Notes under the pieces: generated by a model
Told to the model about the DNA's origin: nothing
What the model saw: the letters and a program-made list of their open reading frames with translations, nothing else
Database searches by the model: none
Part shown: positions 11,486-23,875 of the stretch, piece after piece
Layout of the letters: every line of letters begins with the position of its first letter
Position numbering within the stretch: position 1 is the first letter of the stretch
Position numbers and translations under genes: made by a program
Source of the DNA: Paecilomyces variotii
Lineage: Eukaryota
Length of the DNA: 64,000 bases
Strand: one strand, 5' to 3'
Assembly: GCA_004022145.1 (NCBI GenBank)
Contig: RCNU01000009.1

Positions 11486-12260
11486 ATGTTCTCGTCCAGT
11501 CTGTTGAGAACTTATATCTCCAAGCAGGCAACCAAGCCCGTCGCTTCCTGCATAGCAAATCCGACTCGTTCAGTGCGTTTCTTCGCCGCTGCATCAGAAA
11601 ACATGACGCCTCGCATTATGGACACCATTAAGCAGGATCACCGCGATCTGGAGGCTTACTATGACAAGATTATCAACTCCACAGACCCGGAAGAGCAGAC
11701 GCGTTTCCAGAATCAGTTCACCTGGGAGCTAGCTCGTCACTCCCACGGAGAGGAATTGGTCGTCTATCCTGCATTCGAGAAGCACCTGAAAGATGGCCAT
11801 GCCATGGCAGAGAAGGATCGTGGAGAACATCAAACGGTAAGTCCTCTCCAAGAGACGGTTATCTTGTATTCTTGGCTGGTGCAGTTGACAAGAACCAATA
11901 CTGACGCGCGGACAGGTCAAGGAAGAATTGAAGAAATTCCAGAACCTCCATGTATCGGATCCCGCATTTATCCCCACCATCAAGGCCCTGATGCAGGATC
12001 TCGCTCAGCATATCAAAGAGGAGGAGACGCACGACCTCATCAAGCTCGAGGAGGCTCTGACCGCAGAGGAGAGCGAAGGGCTCTCGAAGCAATTTGGCCG
12101 GATGAAGGCCCTCGTACCGTCTCGATCGCACCCCAGTGCTCCGAACAAGCCACCATTTGAGACCGCTGTCGGTCTCTTGATGGCGCCGATTGATCATATT
12201 GCGGATTTCTTCCGCAAGTTCCCTGACAACACCGTTAGCCCGAACCCGTCTACGAAATAA
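11486..12260 (+). CDS. Hemerythrin HHE cation-binding domain protein, 2 exons
   Basis: IKQDHRDL...WELARHSHGEELVVYPAFE...DRGEHQT|VKEELKKFQ...LAQHIKEEETHDL...PSRSHPSAPNKPPFET; intron 11837-11915 is in frame. Confidence 0.92.
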
Positions 12261-13340
12261 AATGTGTATATATAATACCAGCTAGGCCTATGATAATAAG
12301 ACATATATCACGTACTTACTCGCATTAACAATGAGCTTCTGTTGATAGAAACGGTGACGGTAGCAAGTCCCGCCAGAAAATATACTCTATTTACCGAATC
12401 GGGGATAGTGGTGAAGCAGAACTCAAAGAATACCTGGCCCACTATGATGATAATCACGATGGATGGAATGAAAAAGTGATTTTCATTGTCCCCATAGAAT
12501 TCACGTGCTTAATAGAGATCAAGGGACAGGATAAGACCGTTGCTACGGCTGTCGTTGTGATCTATCTTCGCGGGGCGCGTAGAGCGCCCATTTTCGGCCC
12601 CAGGTTGGCAATTATAGATTTAGTGACTTGTAGCCAGTCAATCTTGGAGTCGCCTCGTCAATCAATTGGTGCAGATAGCGCCCACAAACTCTTACTCTAT
12701 TAATGCGACTGATTTCACTGGTATTCCGCCTGAAATCATTGGTGTGGTACTTTTGTGAGACACACCTGCGTCAGATCAGGGCGTTTAGGTTAGAGGGTAC
12801 TATCACCATACGGAGGCGACGATTAGAGACTCTGTCTGCTTGATTCAAGCGAAACAAAATGACTCGACCAAGCAGTCTGCAGCGGTGGCATCTGGGTTCG
12901 TTGTTTGAATCTGCATGGGTTGATTACGCCCTGATTATTTGGAATCTCTAGCCCAACTACATACATACGATCGCTACATACGTAGGTACCTAACGGTCGC
13001 GTCCTTCCCTTCCTGGTTCGAATGTGGTCCTGGTATCAGACCAGACTCACAAGATAAACCAGATTGGACCTATAATCACATAAATCCTATCGAATAGCTC
13101 CTTTGTATATATCTTCTGTCTTTGTTCGGACACTCTTTCAAGTACGTCCTTGCCTCGTTTCCGTCGCTTCAGCTGCTGATATTCAAGTTCAGCGATCTAA
13201 TTTCACGCAATTCCTAGCGCGAAGACCAACTGTTCATTCGTTTCCCGCGAACTCGATAGTTTAACGCTGCACGCTCAGTCGACCGGGTATTTTGCTGCAC
13301 GGCTACCATACACTGGATAGCATGTCGACCACCAGCTACA

Positions 13341-16079
13341 ATGGCCTCTAAGCAACTCACCAGCATAGAACTACCTACAATACGTATCAGAGATTCTTCA
13401 CCGGAATCAGAACGGCAATCGAAGAATCCCGTGGACACCAGGTCTAGGTATACTCCCGCCAGTGATAGAACCAGATCTGCATCCCAGCGTCGAACAATAT
13501 CCGGCCATCTAGGACTCGACAGGATCCCCGAAATTGAAGTTTCGAGGACCATTTCGCAAGACAGTTCGGAAGGAAGAAGCGTGCAAAGTCTTAGGTTCTC
13601 TCGAAACTATGCAGCAGCCATCAATAACAGACGGGTGTCATTTCCTCTACAGATAGATACTCGTCCTGATGGAACAGACTGCGAAACTGGAGGCCTCTTG
13701 CATGCCGAACATTCAGAAAAGAACGACCATGACCACCAATATGCCGGCAACCTACTTCCTGCCCCTGCATCTAAACCACTGCTTAGAGAAACTAGAGTGC
13801 CACTATCTCCCTTGGAGGATCAAACTGAACATTACCCGCTGGAGAGCCCCAGTGGTCCAAGAGCCCAACGGTCGACGAGTTTGACACATGTATCAAGGTC
13901 AAAGTCTATCTTGGGACGACTTGGTCCGCTGAGATCGCCAGATCTACGGTCTAACTTGAGCTTTCAATCGAGTAAATCTAGAAGAAGCGCTTATGAGGCC
14001 CTGGATTATCTGGCCGACGACAAACCAGGAGATGCAGAGCTTGTCGACATCTCCTTCTTTGAAGGTCCTCTAAACATCAAATGGAATCGTGCGTCGGAGG
14101 ATCAAGCCTCCGACAACCAGGAAGCACCAACAATTGATAGTCGCATCAAGCTCGGAGATAGAGTGCGAGTAGGGGCGGAACTCAGTGTTGGTCCTGTGTT
14201 GGGGGGGCCCGAGAGGCCTCATAGTCTGCGACCTCAGCGTGAATCCAAACGTGCAAGTCTCGACAGGACCGCCACGGTCCGACGATACGGGCAACAACTG
14301 GCAGAGAAGAACAACATAATTGTTTCCGTCAAGGAATCCCCGCCAACGATAGACTTGAGCTCTCTGGAAGGCACAGGATACCCAGAATCTAGCAGCAGCG
14401 GCTCTCTGCTGAGCAAAACTTCGACGAACAACCTTGTACAGAAAAGTTACTTCTATCCATCGGACCCAGAGCAACCGGATTGGAAACCATTTCCAATGAG
14501 TAGTATCTATATCATTATGCTTGTTCTGGTCTCTCTTACTCTAGCCATTGTGCAGGAGTACCTATGTCAAAGATCAATGGCGCTCGAAAACGAAGGAACC
14601 GGCCTGATAAGCTACGACAGCGTCTCTGATATTCCTACTGCAGAGTTCTTCTGCTGGAAATACCTCCCGACTATAGTGATGGTCAGCTATGGCGTGTTAT
14701 GGCAGATCACGGACTACGAAGTTAAACGTCTGGAGCCGTACTATCAGCTTTCACAGCCCATGGGCAACACCGCCGCAAAGACCATTAATCTCGACTATAT
14801 CTCCCTTTGGTCTTACCTTGTTCCATACAAAGCTTTACAATATCGACATTGGGCTGTCTTCGTCTCTTCGTTTGGCACAGTACTAGCTACCACTGTGGCA
14901 CCCTCGCTGCAAAACCCTTCAGTGGCTCCAATACCGAATCCCATGTGCGATACTAAGCGCCAGTGCCACGGACAGCATAAATTCTTCGTCCAGATACATC
15001 CAGTATGGTCTCGAATCCTCACAGCTTGTCTCATCCTCGTGGCCATCTTTGCTCTGGTTCTCCTGTTCCAACTTCGAAGGAAATCCGGTCTTCTGACCGA
15101 CCCGAAAGGCATCGCCGGCATCGCATCCATGGCTACAAGATCTCACATCCTCACAGACTTCACCGGGATGGAAGAGGCACGAGAGGACGAAATCCATAAA
15201 AAGCTCAAGAACCGACACTACCTTCTTTACAAATCCACCATTTGGCAGGGCGAGTATATGAGACGCGCGGAATCAGATCTGTCATACACGGAGCTGCATA
15301 AAGTCGAGAATCCACATCCCATGATCCTCCGACGAAACCCCAGCATAGCATTCATCACTTTATTGATCATCTTTCTCGCATTAATCCCAATCATCACTTA
15401 CACAGACGTGAATGTCGTCGTGGCCAAAGTGCCCTGGCTACCCACGCTCATCACAACAATCATCAAACAGTTCTGGAGCACGCTGGAATTCTCAGTCCGG
15501 ATGCTCGAACCCTTCTACATCCTCTCCAGAGGTAACGCGCGACCTGAACTGACCCTAACCCTCGACTACAAGGGCACACCCTACGGTCTCCTCCCATTCC
15601 AAGCCTTCTTCAACAGACACTATCTCGTCGCGCTCCTCGGTCTGGGTTCTATCATGGGCGACATCCTCACAGTTACCGCATCATCACTCTACCTAAAGGA
15701 TGAAACACCTCGATCATTCATCGTATCTTCCACTCTCTCCATACTCATTACTGCATTTCTCATCCTTTCTGCATCTCTCGTCTTAGCCCAAAGGAGACAC
15801 GCCTTCCTCCCTCGTCAACCATCTACCATCGCATCCATATTGGCTTTCATCTACCAGTCACGAATGCTCGATGATTTCGTCGGGACGGAACGGTTTAATA
15901 ACAGTGAAATGGAAGCTCTGCTCGCTGCGAAAAAGAAGCGGTATGGTCTAGGATGGTTCAAGGGTCGTGATAAAAAGCCGCATTGTGCAGTGGACGAGGA
16001 GCCGATGTTGAGTAGGTACGTTCATGGAGTAAGCTATATTCGGGCGCAGGCGCCATGGGAGGAAGGTATTGGAGTTTGA
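13341..16079 (+). CDS. DUF3433-type multi-pass membrane protein with disordered N-terminus (912 aa)
   Basis: Single long ORF with two repeats of the YLPT...W...D/E..VK/R.LEPYY.LS...LDY motif and several hydrophobic helices. Confidence 0.85.
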   Translation: MASKQLTSIELPTIRIRDSSPESERQSKNPVDTRSRYTPASDRTRSASQRRTISGHLGLDRIPEIEVSRTISQDSSEGRSVQSLRFSRNYAAAINNRRVSFPLQIDTRPDGTDCETGGLLHAEHSEKNDHDHQYAGNLLPAPASKPLLRETRVPLSPLEDQTEHYPLESPSGPRAQRSTSLTHVSRSKSILGRLGPLRSPDLRSNLSFQSSKSRRSAYEALDYLADDKPGDAELVDISFFEGPLNIKWNRASEDQASDNQEAPTIDSRIKLGDRVRVGAELSVGPVLGGPERPHSLRPQRESKRASLDRTATVRRYGQQLAEKNNIIVSVKESPPTIDLSSLEGTGYPESSSSGSLLSKTSTNNLVQKSYFYPSDPEQPDWKPFPMSSIYIIMLVLVSLTLAIVQEYLCQRSMALENEGTGLISYDSVSDIPTAEFFCWKYLPTIVMVSYGVLWQITDYEVKRLEPYYQLSQPMGNTAAKTINLDYISLWSYLVPYKALQYRHWAVFVSSFGTVLATTVAPSLQNPSVAPIPNPMCDTKRQCHGQHKFFVQIHPVWSRILTACLILVAIFALVLLFQLRRKSGLLTDPKGIAGIASMATRSHILTDFTGMEEAREDEIHKKLKNRHYLLYKSTIWQGEYMRRAESDLSYTELHKVENPHPMILRRNPSIAFITLLIIFLALIPIITYTDVNVVVAKVPWLPTLITTIIKQFWSTLEFSVRMLEPFYILSRGNARPELTLTLDYKGTPYGLLPFQAFFNRHYLVALLGLGSIMGDILTVTASSLYLKDETPRSFIVSSTLSILITAFLILSASLVLAQRRHAFLPRQPSTIASILAFIYQSRMLDDFVGTERFNNSEMEALLAAKKKRYGLGWFKGRDKKPHCAVDEEPMLSRYVHGVSYIRAQAPWEEGIGV

Positions 16080-16552
16080 GCTGGAACTCGTTTCAATTGA
16101 TTTTTTATATGCTGATACCTATACCCATACCCATACCCATACCACTATACATTTATGTATGTATATACCTATCAAGGTTTACCCCTATAGTTGACGCAAA
16201 ACAAAGATGTTATCCGAGCCAGACAATAAGAAGAACTGCGCTCGTTTTTGTTCATTCTCAGGTTGAAACTATTATATAGACATAGGGCATTAAGAATACA
16301 TTATATTATACTGACGAAAGACCCGGCATGACATAAAGGAAAATATCGTCCTGTCATACAGCGGATCCTCATAAGGAGCGTAAGAAATGAAACTCAGTAG
16401 GATTTTGCATTGTGTGCGTGTTATTAGACGAGTCACGTTGAAAAAAGAGATATTCGCATTAGAGCAGATAAGTAAACGAAAAAAAAGGGGGCGGGGGATA
16501 CAAGAAAAAACAGAACTGGCAATATGATACACGGGGTTTAGTGCAGGTGCGT

Positions 16553-18717
16553 CTAGAAGTGTAACATGCCCGCAAGGACTGCAGCAGCAGTGGAAAGCCA
16601 GAAGAAACACTTGCTTGCGCCCAAAGAAGAGGCAGCACCAGTGAAAGGAATGGCGGACGAGGTAGGGGATGCAAAGGCACCGGCGCCAGTGCCGAAGGCA
16701 GCGCGAGAGGAACTTCCCATGATCGGGTACTTGCCCGTAGGCGTAGGGATGACTGCAACTTGGGAAGTAACTGCAACTTGGGAAGTGACGGGAATCAAGC
16801 CGACAGTAGCGGTTGACGCTCCTTCGGTCGAAGTGGTGAAGCCGACCATGGGAACGGTGACCGTGATGGAGGAGTAAGTGATGGTGGTCTTGGGAGCTGC
16901 AGTCACTGCAGCAGTTTCGGGGCTGACACCGCTAGCCCCGGGGGCAGGGATCAAGGTGACCGTGGTCGGAAGAGCAGTGACGATGCCAGGGTTCTGGGGA
17001 ACGTAAGGCGCGCAGATTCCGGTGAAGTAGGAGAGAGCCGCCTGGAGCTCAGAGTCCGAAGAGGCCCATGACTGGATACACTGGATAACATTGCTGGTGA
17101 AGCTGGAAGATGGGCAGAAGCAGCTAGTGTCGCTGTTGGAGGTGCACTTGGGTAGGGAGCCAAGCCAGGTGTTGATACACTTGGGGACAACATTCGGGCA
17201 AGCAGAGCTGGGCACAGCGGACGACGAAGTTTGCGCAGGAGCAACGGCACTGGTCCCAGAACCAGCGGACGCAGTAACAGCAGAGTTGCCAGTGGGAGAA
17301 GCAGCAGGAACAAAGGTGGTAGATGCTCCAACGATCGAGGTGGTCGTCAGAGTCACCGTCGAGACAGTGCTGAAGACGGAAGTACTGGTAGCGCCAGCAG
17401 AGGTGATAACGGAAGTCACAGGGCAAGTAGTGATGGTGACTACAGTGATTTCTGTAGTAGTAACACCTTCGACAGGAGAGGACGCGGCCGGTGTTGTGGC
17501 AGCAATGCTAGAGGCGACTGCGGAGCTAACAGATGGCGATATTCCAACAGCAGTGGTTCCAGCAGAAGTTGTCTCAGCCACGGGGCTAACACCAGAAGCA
17601 GTAGGCGAGGCAAGATTGCCACTAGGGGCTGCTGATGGAGACACAGCAACTGAAGAAGCAACTTCAGTCTCAGTCACAGGGCAGATAGTCGTGGAAACAG
17701 GAATAGTAGATGTAACAACGACAGTAGATCGAGCCGGGCAATCAGTTATGGTAGGAGCACAGCTCGTGATAGTAATTTCGCTAGTAGTGAACACAGTCGA
17801 GGTTGTAAGCTTCAGGGCTGAAGAGGTTGCAGCAGGAGAAGTAATAGCAGAAGAGCTTTCCGCAGACGAAGCTGGCACTGCTGGGACCGAAGCAGCAGAT
17901 GAAGATGAGGCAAAAGTAGATGAAACAACCACGGAGCTTGCGGAGGTTGTTCCAACAGCAGCTGTAGTCGTCTTAGGGGCCGAGGAGTGGGAGGACGGTG
18001 TGGAAGTTTGCTTCGAAGGCGAGCAGTCGAAACCCATGCTGTGGATACCAAAGTCGCACTCGTCAGAGTCGCCATTGTCTGGGATGTGGAAGCTGACGCT
18101 AGTGGCACCACCACACTGGCTGTTTGTGACTTCAGTGCCTTCGGAGGAGCAAGAGGCAGTTTGTTTGCAAGTCGAACCGTCCGGCATTCCATAGAGGAAG
18201 TTCACGTCAGTTTTCTTCGAAACAGATACCTGCATTTTGCTGATGGAGAATTTCTGATCGGCACCGCAGCTGACCTTCGGTCCGCTGGTGGCATCCTTCG
18301 AAATTTTCCCTTGGATGCATTTGTCCTACACAAGGATAGTCAGAATTATGCTTCGTCCTGGAGAAGCATCGATCCTACCTGGAATCCGCTGGATGACCCT
18401 CTAGGGCGGAATCTCCCGAATGAGCCGCCGGAGAATTTGTCACTGCAGGTGAACCCGGAGAAGCTGAAGCCACCATAGGAGGAGAAGGAGCCGGTAGCAA
18501 GTTCAGCCCAATCGAAGCCACTTTCCTGGTCGGCTGTACATTTGTTGTCACAGTTCTCCGGACTGGGGAAGAAGGTATCCGTGCCCCAGAACTAATCATG
18601 TCAGCATATTCATCCTGGGTGCAGGGGAGTGACCGGCGTCATGGGACAACGCACAGTAGCAGTAGCTTGCTGGAAGGCCAAAAAGTAAGCAAGAGAGGCA
18701 GAAGTAGAGACCTTCAT
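16553..18717 (-). CDS. Mad1-like GPI-anchored adhesin with CFEM domain, 3 exons
   Basis: Signal peptide [21 protein letters not shown]; exon 2 [28 protein letters not shown]...; exon 3 [16 protein letters not shown]...NSQCGGA; Ser/Thr stalk with [29 protein letters not shown]...SDTSCFC...FTGIC; hydrophobic GPI-type tail. Confidence 0.9.
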
Positions 18718-20872
18718 GGTGAAGGAATATTTTCTCAGCGAAAGACTGTTCAACAGATGCTGACAATAAAAGAAAGGAAAGTGATATTGTCTTGCTGCTG
18801 TATACCAGCAACGGCAAAAGAAAAGAAATCTGATCTCTGTCAAAGAATTGTTGTTAAAAAAGAACGAATGTAGCAGCCCTGAAGGAAACTGCAAGTGTAA
18901 AGACGGAGATGTCTGCGGAGGTGCTGGCCAGATTGAAAAGAGTCGTCGAGGCATATATAGCCTTAATATGTTCGAGGCATCTATAACATCGTTCTGGTGT
19001 ATAGGAGTCACAGACCAAGCCCGGAAGCAATGCTATGCAGTGAATCCACTAAATCCGCCACTTCTGGCATTAGCGAACCGTATTGTAAGACATTCTGAAG
19101 TCGGCTCCTTCAGAGTCAGGCATGTAGAATCGATGACTAGACCAAAGTCGATGTTCGAAACAATCACATAAACTTGGCCACCCAATGAAGGCCCGCGAAC
19201 TGCCACTAATGCAGGAACCAGGTGAAAATCCTGGAAGCAAAGTTTAGTAAAGTTGGCCCAGACTAGTGTGCTCAAGCCAGCCAGCTAGTGACCGACCCAG
19301 AACGTGGTCACAGAGGAGAGATCCATATCTACCATCCATACTGGATGAGGTAGAGTCTACAACCGTGCGAACAACATAATGCATCGAAGGAACCACACGA
19401 TAGAACATTTTTGGTGGTTTTGAGCATGGCTGCTATATCTGTCTGCTGTCATGACAGGAATAAACAAACATCAGGGGCTTCGATGATTCTACACGACCAA
19501 GCAGTATCGGGAACCATGGTCCCAAATGGATAACGTGAAACTCTCCATGAAACAGGGGGCACGCAGAGAACTCTTTTCAGAGGGCTTCACCATATCCCAT
19601 GACAGTAATGGGAGGGATACTAAGTTTGGCGACAGCTGCAGTCTAGTCGGAAGAAACTGGATCCTTGAGAGCTCTGTCTAAGCGAGGTCAACTTGAGGTC
19701 GCTTATGTATGTATGCGCAGACTTTCCACCGGCGACAGGTTATCAAACACCATAAACCCGAGCGAGATGGTCTTGAACTCGTATTTTCAGTGTTGTAATA
19801 GTCTCCAATGATTGGATTTGATCGAAGAGATCAATGTAAGATGTGCGATGTACGATGGACGGACGACGATCCGATCCGAACGTTTTGTGCCCCTGGGGCC
19901 GTGCACCCACGACCTTCCCTTCCCTTTGCAGATCTCTGTAACTCCCCAAGATCCCAACTCTCTTCCTACTTTCAGAATGCTACTATACCAACTCACCATA
20001 CCTTGACCGGATTAGACAGCATCAAATATCGATCAAGAACATAGTCTACCCCCAGCTTCGTCTGATGCTTGTCAGGGGCCATTGCAGCCAGCGAAAAACT
20101 GCCGGACAATGCCGGGCGCTTCGACGTGAAACTGTTTGTGCCTCGCGAACACGGGGGAAACTTGATGCCGTCCAATGGACCCCCGTGATACTGTTCAATT
20201 AGGTTTCTGTTTACTATTTTTACCGGTGGTGGCTTGCAGCATCGAATCTTCAGTATCTGGAGTTGTAGCCGAGAACTGATCATGACCAGGGTCATTGAGA
20301 AGACGCTCCTGTTGCGGAATGATCATAGTTCAGGCGTTCACATGACGGTGTATGGCACATTTGTTGGTCCAATCAAGAACCTGAAGCCTTGATTGTATAG
20401 GATTATACGAAGATGCAGCCTAAGCTCCAGCCCAGGAACTACGGCGCTCGGCGGTTCAGTTCCCCCCAACATTTCCGTTTCTTTTCTATAAAGAGGCTCA
20501 AAATGGATTAGTATCTGGTTTTAGTTGCTGAACTCACATCTCTTCCATGTCCCCTACCTAAATAAGGCAAGGTACAGACTAGTTAGTGTATCCATTTAAT
20601 AGTTATAGTCCGCTGCAATATTAATATCTACCGACATATTATTAACAAGGATTCAGTGTCGTGCCGTACTTCTATCCGAGTATCGCTTAGGAGTATCTTG
20701 TCAATGTCTAGCTTTGAGCAGCTATTTAGAAAGAAGTTCCTAGAACTTCATCGCTGAGTAGATTACACTGTCCAAAGCACTAGCCATTGCAACTATACAA
20801 AAGATTGATAATGCAGATTCTGATTTGTCGTGGTTATACTCAACGAACAACCACTTTAATCCCCGAGAAGAG

Positions 20873-20916
<44 letters not shown>
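20873..20916. repeat. Poly(A) homopolymer, 44 nt
   Basis: Direct count of consecutive A residues in intergenic DNA. Confidence 0.95.
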
Positions 20917-20919
<3 letters not shown>

Positions 20920-21904
20920 CGAAACGCAATTTTCCATCCTACCCTTCTAGGTTCTTATGGTTCCTGATCCAAAAATAGAAGAGTAGTATTTCCGTTTCTT
21001 GGCATGTTCCATCATGTGCTTCATACCTAGGTACTTAAAACTCGCGGACTAAGTAACTACTCCGCTAAACTATTCATTCTTCGAACGAGGTGGTTATCCG
21101 GTTACCTCGGAAGTGGCAGGTTCCTATTCTGTCCGTTTTTCTCTGAGACGTACGATAATTCTAGCGCTAGTCCTTGCCGTAAACCTTTTAGGGGTGCATC
21201 CGTCGTGGTAGGTAGAAATGTACGTACATATGAATCAAGCTATGGTTATGTTGACAGTTAGGAAATCTACAAAGTTTTATTGTTAAACTTTTTTGTATTC
21301 AAATTTCTCATAATCAAACGTGCACGAAAAACAGGGAAAACAAAGATTCCGAAACCGCCATGTACTTTAAACCCCGAGGTATCGCGCTGTATACAAACAG
21401 AGAGGAAATTACCCAAACCCCTCGACTTCGGACATTTTCCTTAGGAAAGAATCCTAGAAATCGTTGCTCAGATCAGACTTTTAAGTCGCGAAACTACCAC
21501 AGCCTGACTCTAGACTGACTTCCTCAATACAGATCAGATGTGTGGCGCCGTAGGAAAGAAAACAGAAAAAGGAAACTCGTCACACAAAGAATTGCATCAA
21601 TCACACTCCTTTTTTCGCCCCTTTTTATTCGTCAGTTACTTCGTAAGCGTCCGTGAGAACCATGCTCTATCCGTGGCAGGCCAAGGAAGCATCTTTCCCA
21701 TAGTAACACAATCAACATCATGAAGGTTAAATATTTTTTTTCTTTTCGTTTAAGCTCTGTGCTTGTAGAAAGAAAGAGTTATTTAGCAATTAGGAAACCG
21801 TCAAGAACCCGCCAAGAGGCTAGGCCTGACGAGTAGAGTGACGGCTTCGTCAATCGCAAGATCGAGTTTCATACCCGATAGAACAAAGAAGAGTATGACT
21901 GCAG

Positions 21905-23875
21905 CTAGAAGGGCAGCTGAGTTCTTCTATGAGCATCCATGAGCTTGCGCCGGACAGCTTCTCCGCCAGCGTAGCTGCTCGACTTGCGCTTGCGGGAAGG
22001 TGTCTTCGGGTCCATATGCCTGGAATGTCTGAAGACACTCGCCGGGCGAGAAGGGGAGTTGGCTGGCATGAACTCGCGGTGCTGGGGCAGCCTGATCAAA
22101 GTCTGGTATCGGTTGTGGTTCCGGCGGAATGCCGTGACGATACCTCTGTCCAAGTGGTTCAAGAACCGCTCTGCACTGCTACCCTGGTGTGCATCACCAT
22201 TCCGGTTGGGTGTCGGAGTGCCAGCTCCCTGAACAGATGACGCGACCATTGGCGAGGGGAGGCCATCGTCAAAGGGCCGGTCTGTCTCTTCGTCAGACGA
22301 ACCATTGCCAAAGTCGATGAAGTCATCGACGTTCAGCGCAGCTTCATCATCATCGTCATCCTCCTCATCAAATGAACTATCCATCCCGAAATCACGGGAA
22401 GGATAGAAAGCTTCGGGAGGACCCATGACTTGACCGCCCGGTGTAGCGTCGTTTCCGAGCGCGGTCATCATCAGGTTGGCACTCGAGGTCAGCATTGGGC
22501 TGAGATCCGGACGACTAGGGGACACCAGGGCATCCGTGTCACTCTCGTCAACCAGCTGCATCGTGGTCGCACGCGGGCTGTTGTTGGCAGTGCCGCACAT
22601 GCTGTTGGTGGCAGACTCAAGCCAATCATGCCGCGATGAAGCGTAGGCGGGAATAATGACCAAGTGCTTCCCGGTGCAGTCAACAAGGGCCACTGGTTTG
22701 TGGGGATCCGGAATGAAGGATCCCATAATGGGGCCACGGCGACGGGGAGGCTGGGATCGCCGAGCAGCGGTATCGTCAGGGGCCGTAAGGGAGACGGTCG
22801 AGTCCCGACGCAAGATAGAGCGAGGATGGGTGATGGTCGCGGGAGGAGGGAGATCTTCGTCTGTGGTTTCACCGTCATCGGCTAAAGAGGGTTAGCAAGG
22901 ACGAGACTCTATCGCATTCGTGTACATACTCTCATAACCGCTGGACTCTTCGGATATGGCATCCGACTCGGCGTGGTAGATGTTGCCCTGACCGAATTCG
23001 TACTCTCCGAAGATGTCATCGGAACGCTGACCATGGTTGTCAAAATTATCATTTTCAATCATCCGTCGAAGATCGGGATCGAGGCTATCCTGTTGCAAGA
23101 AGTCGCCCGGGATCTCGTCGTCGGACGCTTCGCTGTCCGAGGAGGAGTCGGAGTCCTCTTGGAAATGCACCCTTCGCTGCACTGGTGTCTCGACGGTCTC
23201 ACTAGCCATGTCAGTCTCACCGAATGTCTCCAAAGCCGCGTAGAGCTGCTCCTCATCCAAGAGGGAGGTCGTGGAAAAGAGCATGTGGTTGTCCAACGAT
23301 CCCAGGCCAGCCCATTCGTCAGGGACGGTGTTGTCGGAAATAGTCAGGATGCCATCGAAATTGTGCTCATCCTCAGACTCTACAATCAGTTGTTCTTCTA
23401 ATTTTTCCAGCTCCTGGTCTTCATCATCCGCATCCATGATCTCATCGACGGCTGCATAGTCGTCGTCGGAGCTGTCAGAGTCACTGTCCACATTGCTCTG
23501 CTGGCCTTCATAGCCGTCATCGTCTGAGAGTTTCGCCTTCTTCCTCGCAGAGAAAGACTTAGACCCCGTCTTAGATCCTTTGTGTTTGTGTACATCATGA
23601 GACGGGGCCGTATCGTCTTCGTCGTCGGCGTCTTCTGATCCGTCTTCTTCATCGCTGAGCTCATCCACACTAGACAGGGACGAGACGCTTGAAACAGAGG
23701 AAGAGGACTTTCTCTTCCTGTTCATGTGACCAAGGGTAGCTCCCTTGGACTTCTCTCCGGAGCGGTTTGCGCTTTTGCCGGAGGTTGCATCGAGGTATGC
23801 CATCAGATTGGCGCGGTTATTCTTGGCCGCGCTCTTTGGCGACTTCCGCGACGAATGTGAGTGAGTTTGCGGCAT
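21905..23875 (-). CDS. Acidic, probably nuclear protein; candidate Ifh1/Crf1-like transcriptional coregulator, 2 exons
   Basis: ATG 23875 (MPQTHSHSS); 48 bp intron 22882-22929 joins SGYE-T-DDGETTDEDLPPP...RRRGPIMGSFIPDPHKPVALVDCTGK; long D/E tracts and basic NLS-like RKRK patches. The gene is solid; the family call is inference. Confidence 0.8.

Noticed and set aside
12955..13030. ACATACGA and GGTTCGAAT motifs suggesting 5S rRNA or tRNA
   Set aside because: No continuation of the 5S sequence and no cloverleaf pairing.
16116..16146. (ATACCC)n run resembling a telomeric repeat
   Set aside because: The unit differs from TAACCC; it is a short 3' UTR microsatellite.
17091..18194. 367 aa plus-strand ORF (and 16566-16877)
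   Set aside because: Antisense shadow of the Ser/Thr/Ala-rich adhesin gene.
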